A stretch of DNA of 64,000 bases from Negaprion brevirostris (Eukaryota), in contig JARDVH010000059.1 in NCBI GenBank assembly GCA_030324005.1, forward strand, positions 61,458,053-61,522,052. Direction: 5' to 3'. The notes below the pieces were generated by a model. It was given only the letters and a program-made list of their open reading frames with translations. It searched no databases and was not told where the DNA came from. Below, one piece after another: positions 25,981 through 39,000 of the stretch. Both the position numbers and the translations under genes were made by a program. Position 1 is the first letter of the stretch, and each line of letters starts with the position of its first letter.

Positions 25981-28500
25981 ACATTATAGGCTCTGTATAA
26001 CTGCAAGTTACTTTTGTGATTAGCACATATCTATTCGTGAGGGTGTCTAAAACAAGATCAAAACTTGTTCAGTATAAAGTTAGATAGGTACTTACATTGA
26101 TTAAAGCTGATCTTCTCAATCTAGCAAGCAGCAGGCTAGTCCATACTATGGGCATGTCAATGGATAACCACCAACACCACTGTGTGGTTAACCTTCTGTA
26201 AAGGGGCACAAGCATAGTGGTCAGGAGCCCACAAAGATGATTTCTCTCCTTGGTATATGCAACCAAGTTTACTAGCATTCTAACTCCAGGGGAAGTTTAA
26301 ATGACACTCAGTCATGACCAGACACTCAAATTCATAATGTCAACAATGGCTACCCAAGGTCAAACCTGTGATTTAACATCCAAATTGTAGATGATTTAAT
26401 TCCACAAGCATCAATTTTGAAACTCACTTGTGCACTGATTTTATAATTTCTGTAAGGTGGTTCCCAGACTGGTAGCTTCCCATGAAAGTTGTCTCCTTTG
26501 GAAATCCATCTGTGGCTAGCCACTGCAATTCTTTGCCATCCTCTTCAATCTTCTCTCCCTGGCTCCTAAAACTCTTAATAGTTAATCTTTATAATGGGTA
26601 TAGTTAAGAAAACTTACAGGTTCAAGCTACAAGTTAATGCTAACACTGCAAACTTTATCTCCCATCCTCAACATCTGCTATTCAATTTCCTCAAATTTAA
26701 ACTAGTTCACCACCTGTTCCTTCAACTAGCTCCATTATCTGCCTTCATCAGTATGTTAATGCTTCACCCTCAACTAGCTTGCTGGTCTTCACTGCTCTTG
26801 ATCCTTATTTTTCAGTCTCACTGCTCCTCCTTCCAGTGCTGACCCTTCAGAATGACTGTTAAGCACTGCTAATACCTGAGCCCACAAAGAAAATCCACAG
26901 GGTCCAATGTCAACATCTACACTCTGTTTCCCCTGGCCTGCTGATTTCACTTGGATAATAACCTATCCTTTAGATGGCTTCTGGATTTATTCCCACTCTA
27001 CAGATTGCTCTGAACCTGGATATCATAAATAACACTACGTTGTCCAAAAGTTTGCTTTATTCTATTGCTGACCTTCAGATTCAATCTTTGAACATTTTTA
27101 TTTAATCACCTCCTTTCTATTATCTCTTTATGGCCAAGTTATGTTTCATCTAATCTCTGCCACCCCTATGTAAGTGAAATTCCTTTGGTGCCGAAATAAT
27201 GTGCATTCAGGTTACTGCTCCAGATCTGATCCCATTACTGTTCTATCCTTTTCCTTTTCTCACATTTCCTCTTGGGATCTTCTTTCCTGTCTCCTTCACT
27301 TCCTTTCACCTGACCACATCTCCTTTCCTTTCCTTCTAGATCACACCCGTTAATCTCTTCTCTAACCCACCAGTACTCACCTGCTTCCTGCTAACATTCC
27401 AAGTTTCAAACAGACCTAGAATAAGCCCATACTACCTGCTGTACTTCAAAGAGAACATAAAACACCCATCACTGTTTTCTTACAGACAGCAATTCACACT
27501 GTCCCATCCTCTCCAAAGTACCTAATTCTGTACCTCAATAAGGGCGAACCTCCCAAATCTACTTCCTGACCTTNNNNNNNNNNNNNNATTGCTCTCTCCT
27601 TCAATGCTGTCAGTAAATAAATAATCAGTGCCTGTCCATCTAGACTCTCATTGTGGAGAATCGTATTGACGTCTTGATTTTGAGAGAAACTTGACTTATG
27701 GGTGGCAAAGGTTCTCTGCCTGAAGGCTGATCCTTGGCAATTATTTGCCTAATCATGGCAAAATACCAGGATTATTTGCTATCAGTAGAGGGAGAAGTAG
27801 ATCTTGAGTCTACGTCAGCTGGAATGGGGATTGAACTCCAAGCTGCTGGTATTAATCTGATTCCAACACTAGCTGTCCAGCCAACAGTGCTAACTCTTCT
27901 CTCCTTCCTAGGCAGTCCCTCCAAATTGAGGACGGCTTGCTTCCACTCTAGTTCGATGAGTTCTAAGATGGCTGATAAGATGAATGCATAGTCTGCAGAT
28001 TCTGCCACATGTGGGTCAGGTGGTGCTTGAAGGGTTGCATAGCTGAGTTTTGTGGAAGGTTCTGCACTCTTTTCGACACTTTGACTTTGCCTCTGCACTT
28101 TCCCTATGAAATCTCTCAATATGTTCAGCGTCTTCCAGATGAGGCTTCCCTATTTTGGTCAGTCAGAAGCCGGGGTGGGGGGGGGAATGATTCTTCCATC
28201 ATGACCTGCAAATTTTCTGACAGGTCTAGTCGAAAGAATCGCATGTCGGCCATTTCATGCATGCGATCCTAATACATGCGTATCTCCCAAAGCCAGGGAA
28301 CAGGCACAGTCAGGACCATACTGGAAACTAATGGGAAGAGAGGTAAGTGATTTCAATTTGTTTTTAATGTATTTTAAATGTAGTTTACATGTGATTATCA
28401 NNNNNNNNNNNNNNNNNNNNNNNNNNNNNNNNNNNNNNNNNNNNNNNNNNNNNNNNNNNNNNNNNNNNNNNNNNNNNNNNNNNNNNNNNNNNNNNNNNNN

Positions 28501-28990
28501 ATCCTGTCGTTAAAATATCATCTAAGTATACCACTACTTTGGGTTTGTTTTGCAATGAACTTTCCATGGTGCATTGAAAAATAGTGCATGCTGCGGACAC
28601 ACCATAAAGTAAACGTGTGTATTGAAGCAAGCTCTTGTGAGTGTTAATTGTTACAAATTTTCTTGAATCCTCATCCAGTTCTAATTGTTGATAGGCATGG
28701 TTCATGTCTTGTTTTGTAAATGTTAGACCTGTCACTAACTTTGCATAAAGGTCCTAAATTTTTGGGATTAAATATCTGTCCAGCTTGGCTACTTGATTGA
28801 CATGTAGTCTCCACAAATTCTGACAGTCCTTTCCTATTTTAGTACAGATATGATGGGGGCAGTCCATTCTGAAAACTGTGTTAGCCGAATGATTCTGAAT
28901 GTTCAAATTCTGTGTTGACTTTTTAATGCAAAGCATTAGTCATGAGTGACCTCTTAAAAAAAAATTGAGGTATATCTGAATTAATGCAAA
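28501..28990 (-). mobile_element. Gypsy LTR retrotransposon RT fragment
   Basis: Encodes FTKQDMNHAYQQLELDEDSRKFVTINTHK...YTRLLYGVSAA...VVYLDDILTTG. Confidence 0.92.
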
Positions 28991-29004
28991 TTTTGGCCCT
29001 AAGT

Positions 29005-29797
29005 CAAAGAACAAAGAAAATTTTAGCATAGGTACTGGCCCTTTAGCCCTCCAAGCTCACACCGACCGTGCTGCCTGACGGAACTAAAGCTCCCTCCCCC
29101 TACCCTTCTGGGGGGCTGTATCCCTCCATTTCCCACCCTATTTATGTATTTGTCAAGAAGATACCACTTAAAAGTCACTATTGTATCTGCCTCCACTACC
29201 TTCCCCGGCAGCGAGTTCTCGGCACCCACCACCTTCTGTGTTAAAAGCTTGCCTCATACATCTCCTTTAAACCTTGCCCCTCACACTGTAAACCAAGTGC
29301 GGCCTAACTAAGGTTCTATAAAGGTGCAACATGACTTGCTGATTTTTAAACTCAATGTCCCTGCAGATGACGGTAAGCATGTAGTATGCCTTCTTGACTA
29401 CCTTCTCCACCTGCATTGCCATTTTCAGTGACCTGTGTACCTGTACACCCAGATCCCTCCACCTTTCAATACTCTTAAGAATTCTTTCATTGACTGTACA
29501 TTTCCTATCTGCATTAGATCTTTCAAAATGCATTACCTCACACTTGTCCAGATTAAACTCCATCTGCTATCTCTCCGCCCAAGTCACCAACCGATCTCTA
29601 TCACGCTGTACCCTCTTATGATCCTCATCACTTTCTGCAAATCCACCAACCTTTGTGTCATCCGCATTTTCCTCCAAATCATTTATATATATTACAAACA
29701 GCAAAGATCCCAGCACTGATCCCTGAAGAATGCCACTCGTCGCAGCCCTCCATTCAGAAATGCACCCTTTCACTGCTATCCTCTGTCTTCTTTGACT
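29005..29797 (-). mobile_element. CR1 LINE 3' portion
   Basis: Encodes SGILQGSVLG..LFVIYINDL..ADDTK, MEFNLDKCEVMHF, RDLGVQVH and LYRTLVRPHL. Ends in a (TTCTTTG)n tail at 29005. Confidence 0.93.
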
Positions 29798-29802
29798 GAG
29801 TA

Positions 29803-29875
29803 CACAGTAAGAAATCTCACAACACCAGGTTAAAGTCCAACAGGTTCATTTGGTAGCAAATGCCACTAGCTTCAG
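29803..29875. mobile_element. Penelope-like terminal repeat fragment
   Basis: CACAGTAAGAAATCTCACAACACCAGGTTAAAGTCCAACAGGTT is identical to 32553-32596 and related in reverse to 63136-63220. The Penelope assignment is from recall. Confidence 0.55.
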
Positions 29876-29879
29876 GGAT

Positions 29880-30185
29880 ATCTTCAGGGATGATTTGAGG
29901 GCATTCCTAAAGCAATTCTGCTGTCTCCTTGGGAGTCTCCTGCCAAGACCAAGTTCCGAGGAAAGCAGTCACACGGGGAGTCTGGTGTCAGGCAGACGTA
30001 TCCCACTCAGTGGTGCTGGTTTTGAGCAGCGCACACATGATGATGAGCAAGTTGGTCTAGGGGAGCCGTGGCAGTTGGCTGCCTTTTTTGCCACTAGATT
30101 TGGAGGATCTTGCGAGGGCCATGCTGGTGATAATTTCCCAGTACTTTGAACTTCCTGCTGTTTGTAGTCCAAAGCAAATGGGAGC
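29880..30185 (-). mobile_element. RTE (BovB-like) LINE C-terminal fragment
   Basis: Contains RLPDTRLP and neighbouring degenerate RTE C-terminal motifs across frames. Confidence 0.65.
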
Positions 30186-30619
30186 ATGGGGATTAATATG
30201 CTTGGTAAACCATGACCTCAGTTTAGATGCTGATCCTAAAATCCTGGCCCTCAAATACTCTTTCCCTCAGACAGCCGAAGCGCATTGATGACGACTTTCA
30301 TCATCCATGTCTGCCTTTTCAAGACGAGGTGTCCAAAATACAGAACATGGTTCAGATTTTCCAGGATCTTTATTACCATGGTCTTGCTCACAGACATCTT
30401 TGACCACCATCTTTTATCCTCCAATAATTTAGGCTTGATGTCTTAGTTCATCGACATCCATGTTTCAGATCACACAAAAAAATTAGAAAGAAATCAGATA
30501 GATTTGTGTTTTCTTCAGGATCTTCACCTTCTGCTGACTCCAGACTACCCAGCTTTTTAACTTCTGAGACTGCTCAGCCAATTCTGCTGAGTGTGTCTGG
30601 TTCACTACACCCCTCTACG

Positions 30620-31275
30620 CACTTAACATGGCAGTTACAGACAAATAAGTCTCAGTTCTCGGAACAACCTTTGAAAATGCTCTACTTGTTCAGCTTCACC
30701 CACATCTACCAAAATACTGTCACTCAGAGTAATCATGTTTCACCCATGCCATTCCATAACTAACTGGAAAGTGTAAATCACAAGGACTTTGCTCCACTGG
30801 TTTCTTGGACAGAAGTGTGGCAATCTATAATACAGAGTACAGCTGTTCCACCTTTATTCTATAAGATTAATTGCAGATTTAACCACTCTCTGGCAATCGC
30901 AAATAGAAATCTTAGGCAACATTTTTGCTTGTCAATGAAAAATGTCCAGTGGAAGGTTCTACAAGGCACTGATGTTCCTGAAATCCTCTTGAGACTGATT
31001 CAAGATCTACATTATGACACAGAAGTACAAGTGCAAGTAGGGAATTGTAAGTCTGAGATTTTCTATACCAACCCTGGAGTAGGGCATGGGCATTTCCTGC
31101 TCCATCTCTGTTCTATCATGCACTGGGCTGGATCAGTGACTGCATCATTGGCATTAGCATTGTTCATTTTTTCTGACCTGGGCTGCACAGCTAATATCAC
31201 CCTGCTTGGTCTACATCTATTGGAAAGTTTAAATCACAAGGACTGTGGTCCACTGGTTTCTTAGGCAGAAGCAAA
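30620..31275 (+). mobile_element. RTE-clade RT relic with internal 51-bp direct repeat
   Basis: WKVLQGTDVPEILLRLIQDLHYDTEVQVQV..SEIF.TNPGV.HG resembles RTE RT domains 3-4. A direct repeat lies at 30765-30815 and 31221-31271. Confidence 0.55.
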
Positions 31276-32515
31276 ATCCCTTAGTGACAATGCAAACACG
31301 GTGGGTTGGTTTTTACGCTACCCCTCTGGCAGATTTGAAGGCAGGGGGAATTGCATAAGATCAATCTAACTGGCTGCCCCAATTCATTTAGGCTCATCTA
31401 TTTTACCTATAATGGGGGTGGCATTGTGCAACCTGTCTGCGAGTGGTTAAATTGAAGGCGGTTAAATTGGACTGGGGTGGGCAACTATGGGTCTCATCCC
31501 ATCACCACCACTGTGGTTTAACTGGAGAACTGCCAGCCTCTGATTGTCCAGCAGCTCGCTGAGACGTGGCTTCCTGTTCCTGAGGAGTAGAAGTCATTTC
31601 TATTAATGGTCAATTTGCCATTAAATAGCTGCTGGACAGCCATGATTTCCCCTGGGCAGACTGCCCCCTGATTTATTAGCCAGGGGGATGGGGGCCTATT
31701 ATATTTGATGAGGAAAAACAAGAAAGCAGTGGACACCTTTATCTCTCCCTTTAATACCCTGATTAAAACCATCTCTTTGCCAAGCTCTTGGTATTCCTCC
31801 TAATAGTTACTTGTTCGGCTTAATATCCATTTTTCCCTTAGGCCTTTTTTCGACGTTACATATACGAAATAAATGCAAGTTAATGTTACTGCTTTTGAAC
31901 CCATCTGTTAAAATGTGTTCCTTTTTAATCTTATCTCCCACTTCTCGCAATCTAATTACTTCTTCAATCTTTAACATCAATTAGAGCTTGGCACACAGCT
32001 TTTTGAAGTAGGATTTAAATATGGCACAATAATAATGACTTGAATCTGCACAAACTATCACTGGGCTCTGAGTAATAAGAGCCGTAAATTTAAATTTTAT
32101 ATAGCATTTAATAATCTGCGATAATAAGTTACCTTCTCAGCTGCCAACTTCCACTGTGGATCAGTAGCAAGGAATTGCTTTAAAACCCTGGGGTTTGTGA
32201 GCGACAGCTATTATCACGATATCACTAAACTAAAACTCAAAATATAATTAGTCCAAGCGCCATCCTGTGTGTCAGAAATAAATTCATGACTCTTAATGTC
32301 AGTGAATAAGAGTCTTCACTAAGTGACATTATAGAGAGCTGAAAAGATCACTACAAGTAACCACACAAAGCACAGGGTAGCAAAACAACCGGGAGGATTC
32401 CACTAAAATAAAGAAAATGAGCACTCATTGAAGGTGCAGAGGAGAAAATTCATTTAGATCCATTTTTGTGCATGGGGATAGCAATGTGTAATCACCTGCC
32501 CCTGATCCTATTCAA

Positions 32516-32598
32516 GTATGATGTGGAGATGCTGGCGTTGGACTGGGGTGGGCACAGTAAGAAATCTCACAACACCAGGTTAAAGTCCAACAGGTTTA
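32516..32598. mobile_element. Penelope-like terminal repeat (runs into gap)
   Basis: ATGATGTGGAGATGCTGGCGTTGGACTGGGG...AGTCCAAC, with an internal inverted pair GTTGGACT/AGTCCAAC. It is multi-copy in the window. Confidence 0.55.
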
Positions 32599-32809
32599 NN
32601 NNNNNNNNNNNNNNNNNNNNNNNNNNNNNNNNNNNNNNNNNNNNNNNNNNNNNNNNNNNNNNNNNNNNNNNNNNNNNNNNNNNNNNNNNNNNNNNNNNNN
32701 NNNNNNNNNNNNNNNNNNNNNNNNNNNNNNNNNNNNNNNNNNNNNNNNNNNNNNNNNNNNNNNNNNNNNNNNNNNNNNNNNNNNNNNNNNNNNNNNNNNN
32801 NNNNNNNNN

Positions 32810-32895
32810 CTATCTAAATGCTTTTTAAAAGATAAAATTGTACCCGCCTCTACTACTACCTCTGGCAGCTTGTTCCAGACACTCACTACCCTCTG
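32810..32895 (-). mobile_element. CR1 3' fragment
   Basis: Encodes SVWNKLPEVVVEAGTILSFKKHLD. Confidence 0.85.
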
Positions 32896-33544
32896 GACTT
32901 CTTCCTATTCAAGTAAGCAGTACATGAACTTCATGCTGCCTCCTCAGCAACTAACCCAGCATGGAAAGCACATCTGACTGATGAAAGTGGGGCCCAACCA
33001 CGTGCTTGCATAACATGTGCTTCAGCAAGCCTGTACATCTGAGAGGCAGCCTCCCCCCTTAAAGGGGAAATGTGTTCAGTGTACAAAAGTCTCAGCTGAT
33101 TGTCTGCACAAAACCTTTAGAGAGGCAAAAGAACAGAAAGTGGAGCCACGAGAGTGAGAACTCCAAAGTTTTCAATGTGGCACTGGACACTGCTTTTCAG
33201 CCTTAACTTAACATTTCCTGGGCATTTCAAAAATGCAATATTCCTAAGTGCAAGGAGCAGACATTTAAATGTTATATACAAAAATAATACTAAAGATTAG
33301 GGCTAGAATGTCATGGCTGTTCACGCTGGCCATCAAATTGTCCAAGCTCGATGCAGCAGGAGTCTGGTGTGAACAGCCAGAAAATCACGCCCTACAATTT
33401 CATTTTCCCACCAAGTTTGGTGTTTGTGTTAGCTTTTACATGTACTATTTTAATGCAGCTGTCATGGATATAGCGAGAGAGGCAGAGTAGATGAATTGTC
33501 CACACATTTTTGCAGGAGGCACTGGTATCTTCATCACAGTGATG

Positions 33545-35655
33545 TCAGCTGTGGCTCTAGAATTGCAAGGATTCTAGATTCAAGACCCACTCTGGGGCTT
33601 GAGCACAAAAATCAACGCTGACAGTCCAGTGCACTGCTGAGGATGTCCTGCATTGTTGGAGGTTTGATTTGATTTGATTTATTATTGTCACATGTTTAAC
33701 ATAGTGAAAAGTACTGTTTCTTGCGCTCTGTATAGGCAAAACATACGGTTCACAGAGAACAAGAAAGTGCAGAATGTAGTGTTATAGTCATAGCTAGGGA
33801 AAGATCAACTTAATGCAAAGTCCATTCAAAAGTCTGACAGCAGCAGGGAAGAAGCTGTTCTCGAGTCAATTAATACGTGACCTCAGACTTGGTGGTACTG
33901 TTATCTAGGTGTACCAGGATTAGCGCAGAGCCAGGGAGATGGTATCTGCCGTGGACCTGTTGCGGCGGTAGGCAAACTGTTGTGGATCCAGGTAATCCAG
34001 GAGGCTGGAATTGATTTGTGCCATGACTAGCCTCTCAAAGCACTTCATACTGATGGATGTCAGAGCCACCGGCTGATAGCCATTAAGCACACTGCTTGCT
34101 TTTCTTTGGTACTGGGATGATGGTCGTCTTCTTGAAGCAGATAGGGACCTCAGATTGTTGTAAAGAGAGGTTGAAGACATCTGCGAATCCGTGCAGGATC
34201 TGACTGCAACTCCGGGTCATTCGGGCCATCCGGGCGAGTCGCTTTCCATGGGGTGACCATCAAGAAGGTTGCGCTGACATTTGCAATGGTGACTCCAGAT
34301 ACAGGTTCACCCAGGGCTTCCAGGGTGGAGGGCACGCTCTTGCTGACCTCTTGCTCAAAACAGGCGTAGAATGCTTTGAGCTCACGAGGGAGGGGTGCGT
34401 TGGAGTTGGCGATTTTACATGCCTTCACCTTGCAACCTGTTATGTCTTGCAGACCTTGCTATTGTCAGAGGGGTCAGTGTGGGTAGCCTGGGACTCTAGC
34501 TGGGTCAGGTACTGTCTTTTGGCATCTTTGATGGATCTTCTTAGATCGTATCTGGCTTTCTTGTATTGATCAGTGTCACCAGACTTGAACGCCTCAGACC
34601 TGAGCTTTAGCAAGCAGTGGATAACCCTGTTCATCTATGGCTTCTGGTTGGGGAACACACGGGTTTGTTTTTTTTGGCACACAGTCTTCTACACACTTAC
34701 TAATGAAGTCAGTTACTGTAGTGGCGTACTCGTTCAGGCTGGTCACAGAGTTTTAAAATACTGACCAGTCCACTGACTCCAAGCAGCCCCATAGGAGATC
34801 ATCCGATTCTTTAGACCAACATTGCATGACTTTCTTTGTGGTGCTGTCTTTTAAATGCAACATTAAGCCGTGGCCCTATCTGCTTGCTCGGGTGGATGTA
34901 AAAGATCCCGCACCACTGTAATGACTTCAACGAAACCCATGAGTTTGGGATCTCGGAGTATGAATTCCCTGATTGAGGTCATAATTGTCTATCCAATCAG
35001 GGAGCCGTGTCNNNNNNNNNNNNNNNNNNNNNNNNNNNNNNNNNNNNNNNNNNNNNNNNNNNNNNNNNNNNNNNNNNNNNNNNNNNNNNNNNNNNNNNNN
35101 NNNNNNNNNNNTATCCAATCAGGGAGCCTTGTCTGTATATGAAAATGGGAGTGTTGAGTCCAGTGGCACTCCAGATTCTGACTTTGTACCTGATGCATTA
35201 CAGGGGTGGAATTTTTCCATCCTGTCTGCTACTGGAGTTTTACCAGACAGGGCTGGGGTGGGATGCGGACCATGTAAAGACTCATTGGCCTCAACTGGGA
35301 ATTTCCAGCCTTGAGGTGTGCATAGCTGGAAAATCCCGTTAATGGAGTGGAATAGAGTGTGTAACTGAAGGGAATCTGGAAAAGGAGTTATATCGGGCCT
35401 TTGAGGAGTTATTTCAGGCACCCATATAAAGAAAAGCAGGGGAGTTGTTTATCCAATATTTAACCCTCAACCAACATTACAAAAACTCATCATCTAGTCA
35501 TTCTCACATTGTGGTTTTGGGGGTTTGCTGAGTGCAAATGTGCGACCACATTTCCTACATTAGAACAGTGACTACATTTCAGAAAGTACTTCATTTGCTG
35601 TAAAGCTTTGGGGTGTCCAGTGGTCATGTAAAGTCCTGTATAAATGTAATTTTTT
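33545..35655 (+). mobile_element. Deu-domain SINE split into three pieces by nested insertions
   Basis: Head at 33545-33663, Deu core at 34840-34917 (GGTGCTGTCTTT...GATGTAAAAGATCCC) and 3' part at 35429-35655. The pieces join colinearly with the 4712-5073 copy. Confidence 0.75.
33664..34839 (-). mobile_element. Rex1/Babar LINE (5'-truncated, internally deleted)
   Basis: Encodes [38 protein letters not shown] and YKKARYDLRRSIKDAKRQY. Has a (CAAAT)n tail and GGT at both junctions. Confidence 0.9.
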
Positions 35656-35944
35656 TTCCCCTGTAAAACTGAGGCAAAAAGGTTACCCCAACACTGTGCA
35701 CCTGCACGAGTGCAGCTTTGCATTATGGCCTCCCACTGCTTCTTTAAAGCTCAGGACTCCCCACCATCATACACAAGCAAAACAATTGATGGTGATTTAC
35801 GTGCAGGTGCAATTTTTTGAGAAGCCTTTCTCCTTCAGTTTCAGTTTTGGCAGTTGGCTGACTGTGCCAACAGAATTTAAAACAGGGTTACAAGGTATGG
35901 GTAAGTTGGAACTACACTAATGCCCAAGGTTTGTTTTAGGGACA

Positions 35945-36016
35945 GAGCTAGATTTACGAGTTATGCTGGACCTAGGGTTAGAATTAGATTTAGGATTAGG
36001 GTTACATTTAGGATTA
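35945..36016 (+). repeat. Degenerate TTAGGG-like hexamer array
   Basis: CTAGGGTTAGAATTAGATTTAGGATTAGGGTTACATTTAGGATTA. Confidence 0.5.
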
Positions 36017-39000
36017 AAAACAAGAATAGGGTATGTCACTTGTAAAGAGAGTATACAACTTTAAACATGCTACCTACTTACCACGCAAACACTAAATTGT
36101 TTAATAGGCCATTAGCTAAAATGCTATCATCGAAATAGTTGCATTCTGAAAGATTATTTTCAGTAGATAAATTGCAAAATGCATAGTGCAGCAAATGTTC
36201 AGTTGAATTTTATTTCAGCTGAGTATGCATTGCAGTCAATAATCATGCAATAAAACTGGACATTATGCATTAATGCTATGGGATAGCAATGACGAGCACA
36301 TTTACCAAAAATTGCTGAATAGTATTACAAAGTTTAAAAGCTTTATATAATACCTGGTGGCAGATTATAAAGTCCCTGCACAGTTTTGCATTCTGTGGCA
36401 TACATTCAAAAGTATATTTGCATGATTCAACATTGACAATGAAATTTAGGTTGAATAAAACTGATGATATCAATATGTTGAAAAAGCTACTGTAAGTACT
36501 TTTTTGCAATGCAAATGATGGAAACTTATTTATGATTTTGTGTCCATTATCTTGACTGGCTGAATACCGACTCTAAATAATGTTATTCACTGACAGGGTT
36601 ATAGTTAGTTCTTAAACTGTTCACATACCACTGATACGTCCTGACCTGTAGCTATGGACCTCAGCAGTAATAAATTGCAGTGAGTGCTGCCATTGCACCC
36701 CTTCTGATATACACAGATGATATGCAATTAAAATCCCTTTTCACATTCCTATGAGGCTGTCAATCAAGAGGAAAGCCTTTTTGACAACACTCAATGAACC
36801 ATATACACTAACCACTGAACAGGAACTTAAACAGTAACAGCCTTTGTTACAAGCTGCAGAAAATTCTATCTTGATTAGCTTTATTAGTAAGACATCTCTT
36901 TTTAAATGTTGACATGTGAGGCATTAAGAAAAGGTTGGAAGCTTACAATAACACTAAATTCTTTTCTCAAGCTGTATTGAATTCTCCTGAGTTTGGATGA
37001 AGAACTGAAAATTAAACCGTATTCTTATTTCTTAATACTGCATGTTAAGTCAGCAGATCTGAATATTTTAAAGTTTAAAAAAGATGGTGATTTTAAACAT
37101 ATCTGTTGTTTTATACTTCAGAAAATATTACAAATTTTCAAACTACATATTTTTGTCAATTACTGTTGAGAATTGCACGATCTGCCAAACATTGTCAATC
37201 ATCTAGTTATCCTCTGCTCCTTAATAATTCAATGGTATATTTCTATCTTTGTTTATTGATAAAGATAGCAACATTAATGAATGTAACATTCTTCCAAATC
37301 TGGTCTAATTCCTTTGTATGATTCCACATTCTTCCAGATTTTATCAGAGCAAAAATGGATGAACTAATCCCAAACTGGGGCCATGCTTAGGCTTCGGACT
37401 TACATTGGCTGAAACAGTCTAACTGCCACAATGCAATTCTTTTGTGACCTTCAAAAATCATTAGTAAGGTGAACTGGGAGTAATGTAGTGAGTGAATGAT
37501 AGTTATCTGCTTTTACATTCAGTCACTCCTAGTCTTCAATCTACCCTAAGTAGTAGTAATTCCCCACAACCCTCATGAAATGCTGGCAATTTTTGAGCTG
37601 CATATACTTACAGGCACCAACACCAATTGTTTCTTATGTAAAGGAACTAAAAAGTATACTTGGGAGCAGTCGAGTGATGGCAATTCAATCTATGGTTGAT
37701 TTCCTCCTTTGGAAAATTGGTATAGTATCAGGGATCTATTCAATTCATTTGATGCCAAGTCATTTGATACCACTTCTTTAAAAGCACCATTTATTGAACA
37801 GAAATATGTTTAAAATGTAAAATTACACAAACACAACTAACTATAACCCTGTCAGTGAATTTCATCATGTATAACAGCGCTCTATGAGGTTCAGTTTTAT
37901 TATCTGTTCCATTTCATTGCAGTAGAATATGTTAGCACATTTTCAACTGAAAACCTTATAATGGAAGCATACTCTTTTTCTGATAGTGTCTGAAACAAAA
38001 CTCTGTTCAAAGTAGGAGCATAATCATAGATAGCAAAGCATTACATTGGTCTGACTCAGTGCTGAACTGCTCTTTTAGATCCTGTTAATGAAACAAACGT
38101 AACAATGCATCTATTATTTCAGGGAATAACTTCTATTCTGTTAATTTTATCTCTATTTCTGCCCAAGTATTGAAGCATACAATCATGAAGTTTTCGCTTA
38201 ACTGAATATGTCATAAAGCTCATAAAGCTGATACAGTATTCTCAAAAAACAATTGATTTCTTGTAGGTCAAGTCTTTTGCTTTTATTTCATCATTCGTAG
38301 TTTCTAACATGATGAAATGTTTTCTCTAATTTTTTACCCCTTTTTCTCTGCTGAGCTCTTTCTCCAGGCTGTACAGCCAGTAAGAAGGTTGTGTAGTTGC
38401 TCTGTATTAGCTTGCAACGCAAATATTATCTAGTTTATTTCCTACTAGTAGCAGTTGTGTATTTTTCCAGTGAGATCTGCATTTCTCATACTGCAACAAT
38501 TGTTCTCCTCTTCCACTAATGCTGATCTGAACTGAAAAAAGTATTCACACGTACAAATTGGGAATTTCAAACACTGACTATGATTGAAGCTCAAAGTAGC
38601 AACCACAGCTGCGTGCCATGTTTTCTACCCGAACATAAGGTAACTTCTCTTGCCTTCATAAATTAAGGTGGCATTTAATGATGCCATTATTCAAACAATA
38701 TGCTCTCTTTGGTTACTATTTATTTACAAAAATCATGGGCTTAAATTCTGTTTTAAAGACTGCAAATCAGCTGTCACATCCTCAAAACAACAGCAACTAT
38801 ACTGCAGAATAACTACACTTTAGAACATTCTGAATATGGGGCAGATATTACATAAAAATACACTTACTTTAGTTTTGATTCAGTCTGCGATAATTATCCA
38901 GCTACTTTACTAAACAGGTCAGAAAGTACACAACTACCATCATCAACCCAAATTAAGTACAATTAACATGATCACGCAAAATCTGGCTCTCTAGGTTTCA

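Noticed and set aside
26069-26450. Possible Gypsy protease remnant (FKIDAC, LVAYTKE)
   Set aside because: The motifs are too degenerate to call with confidence.
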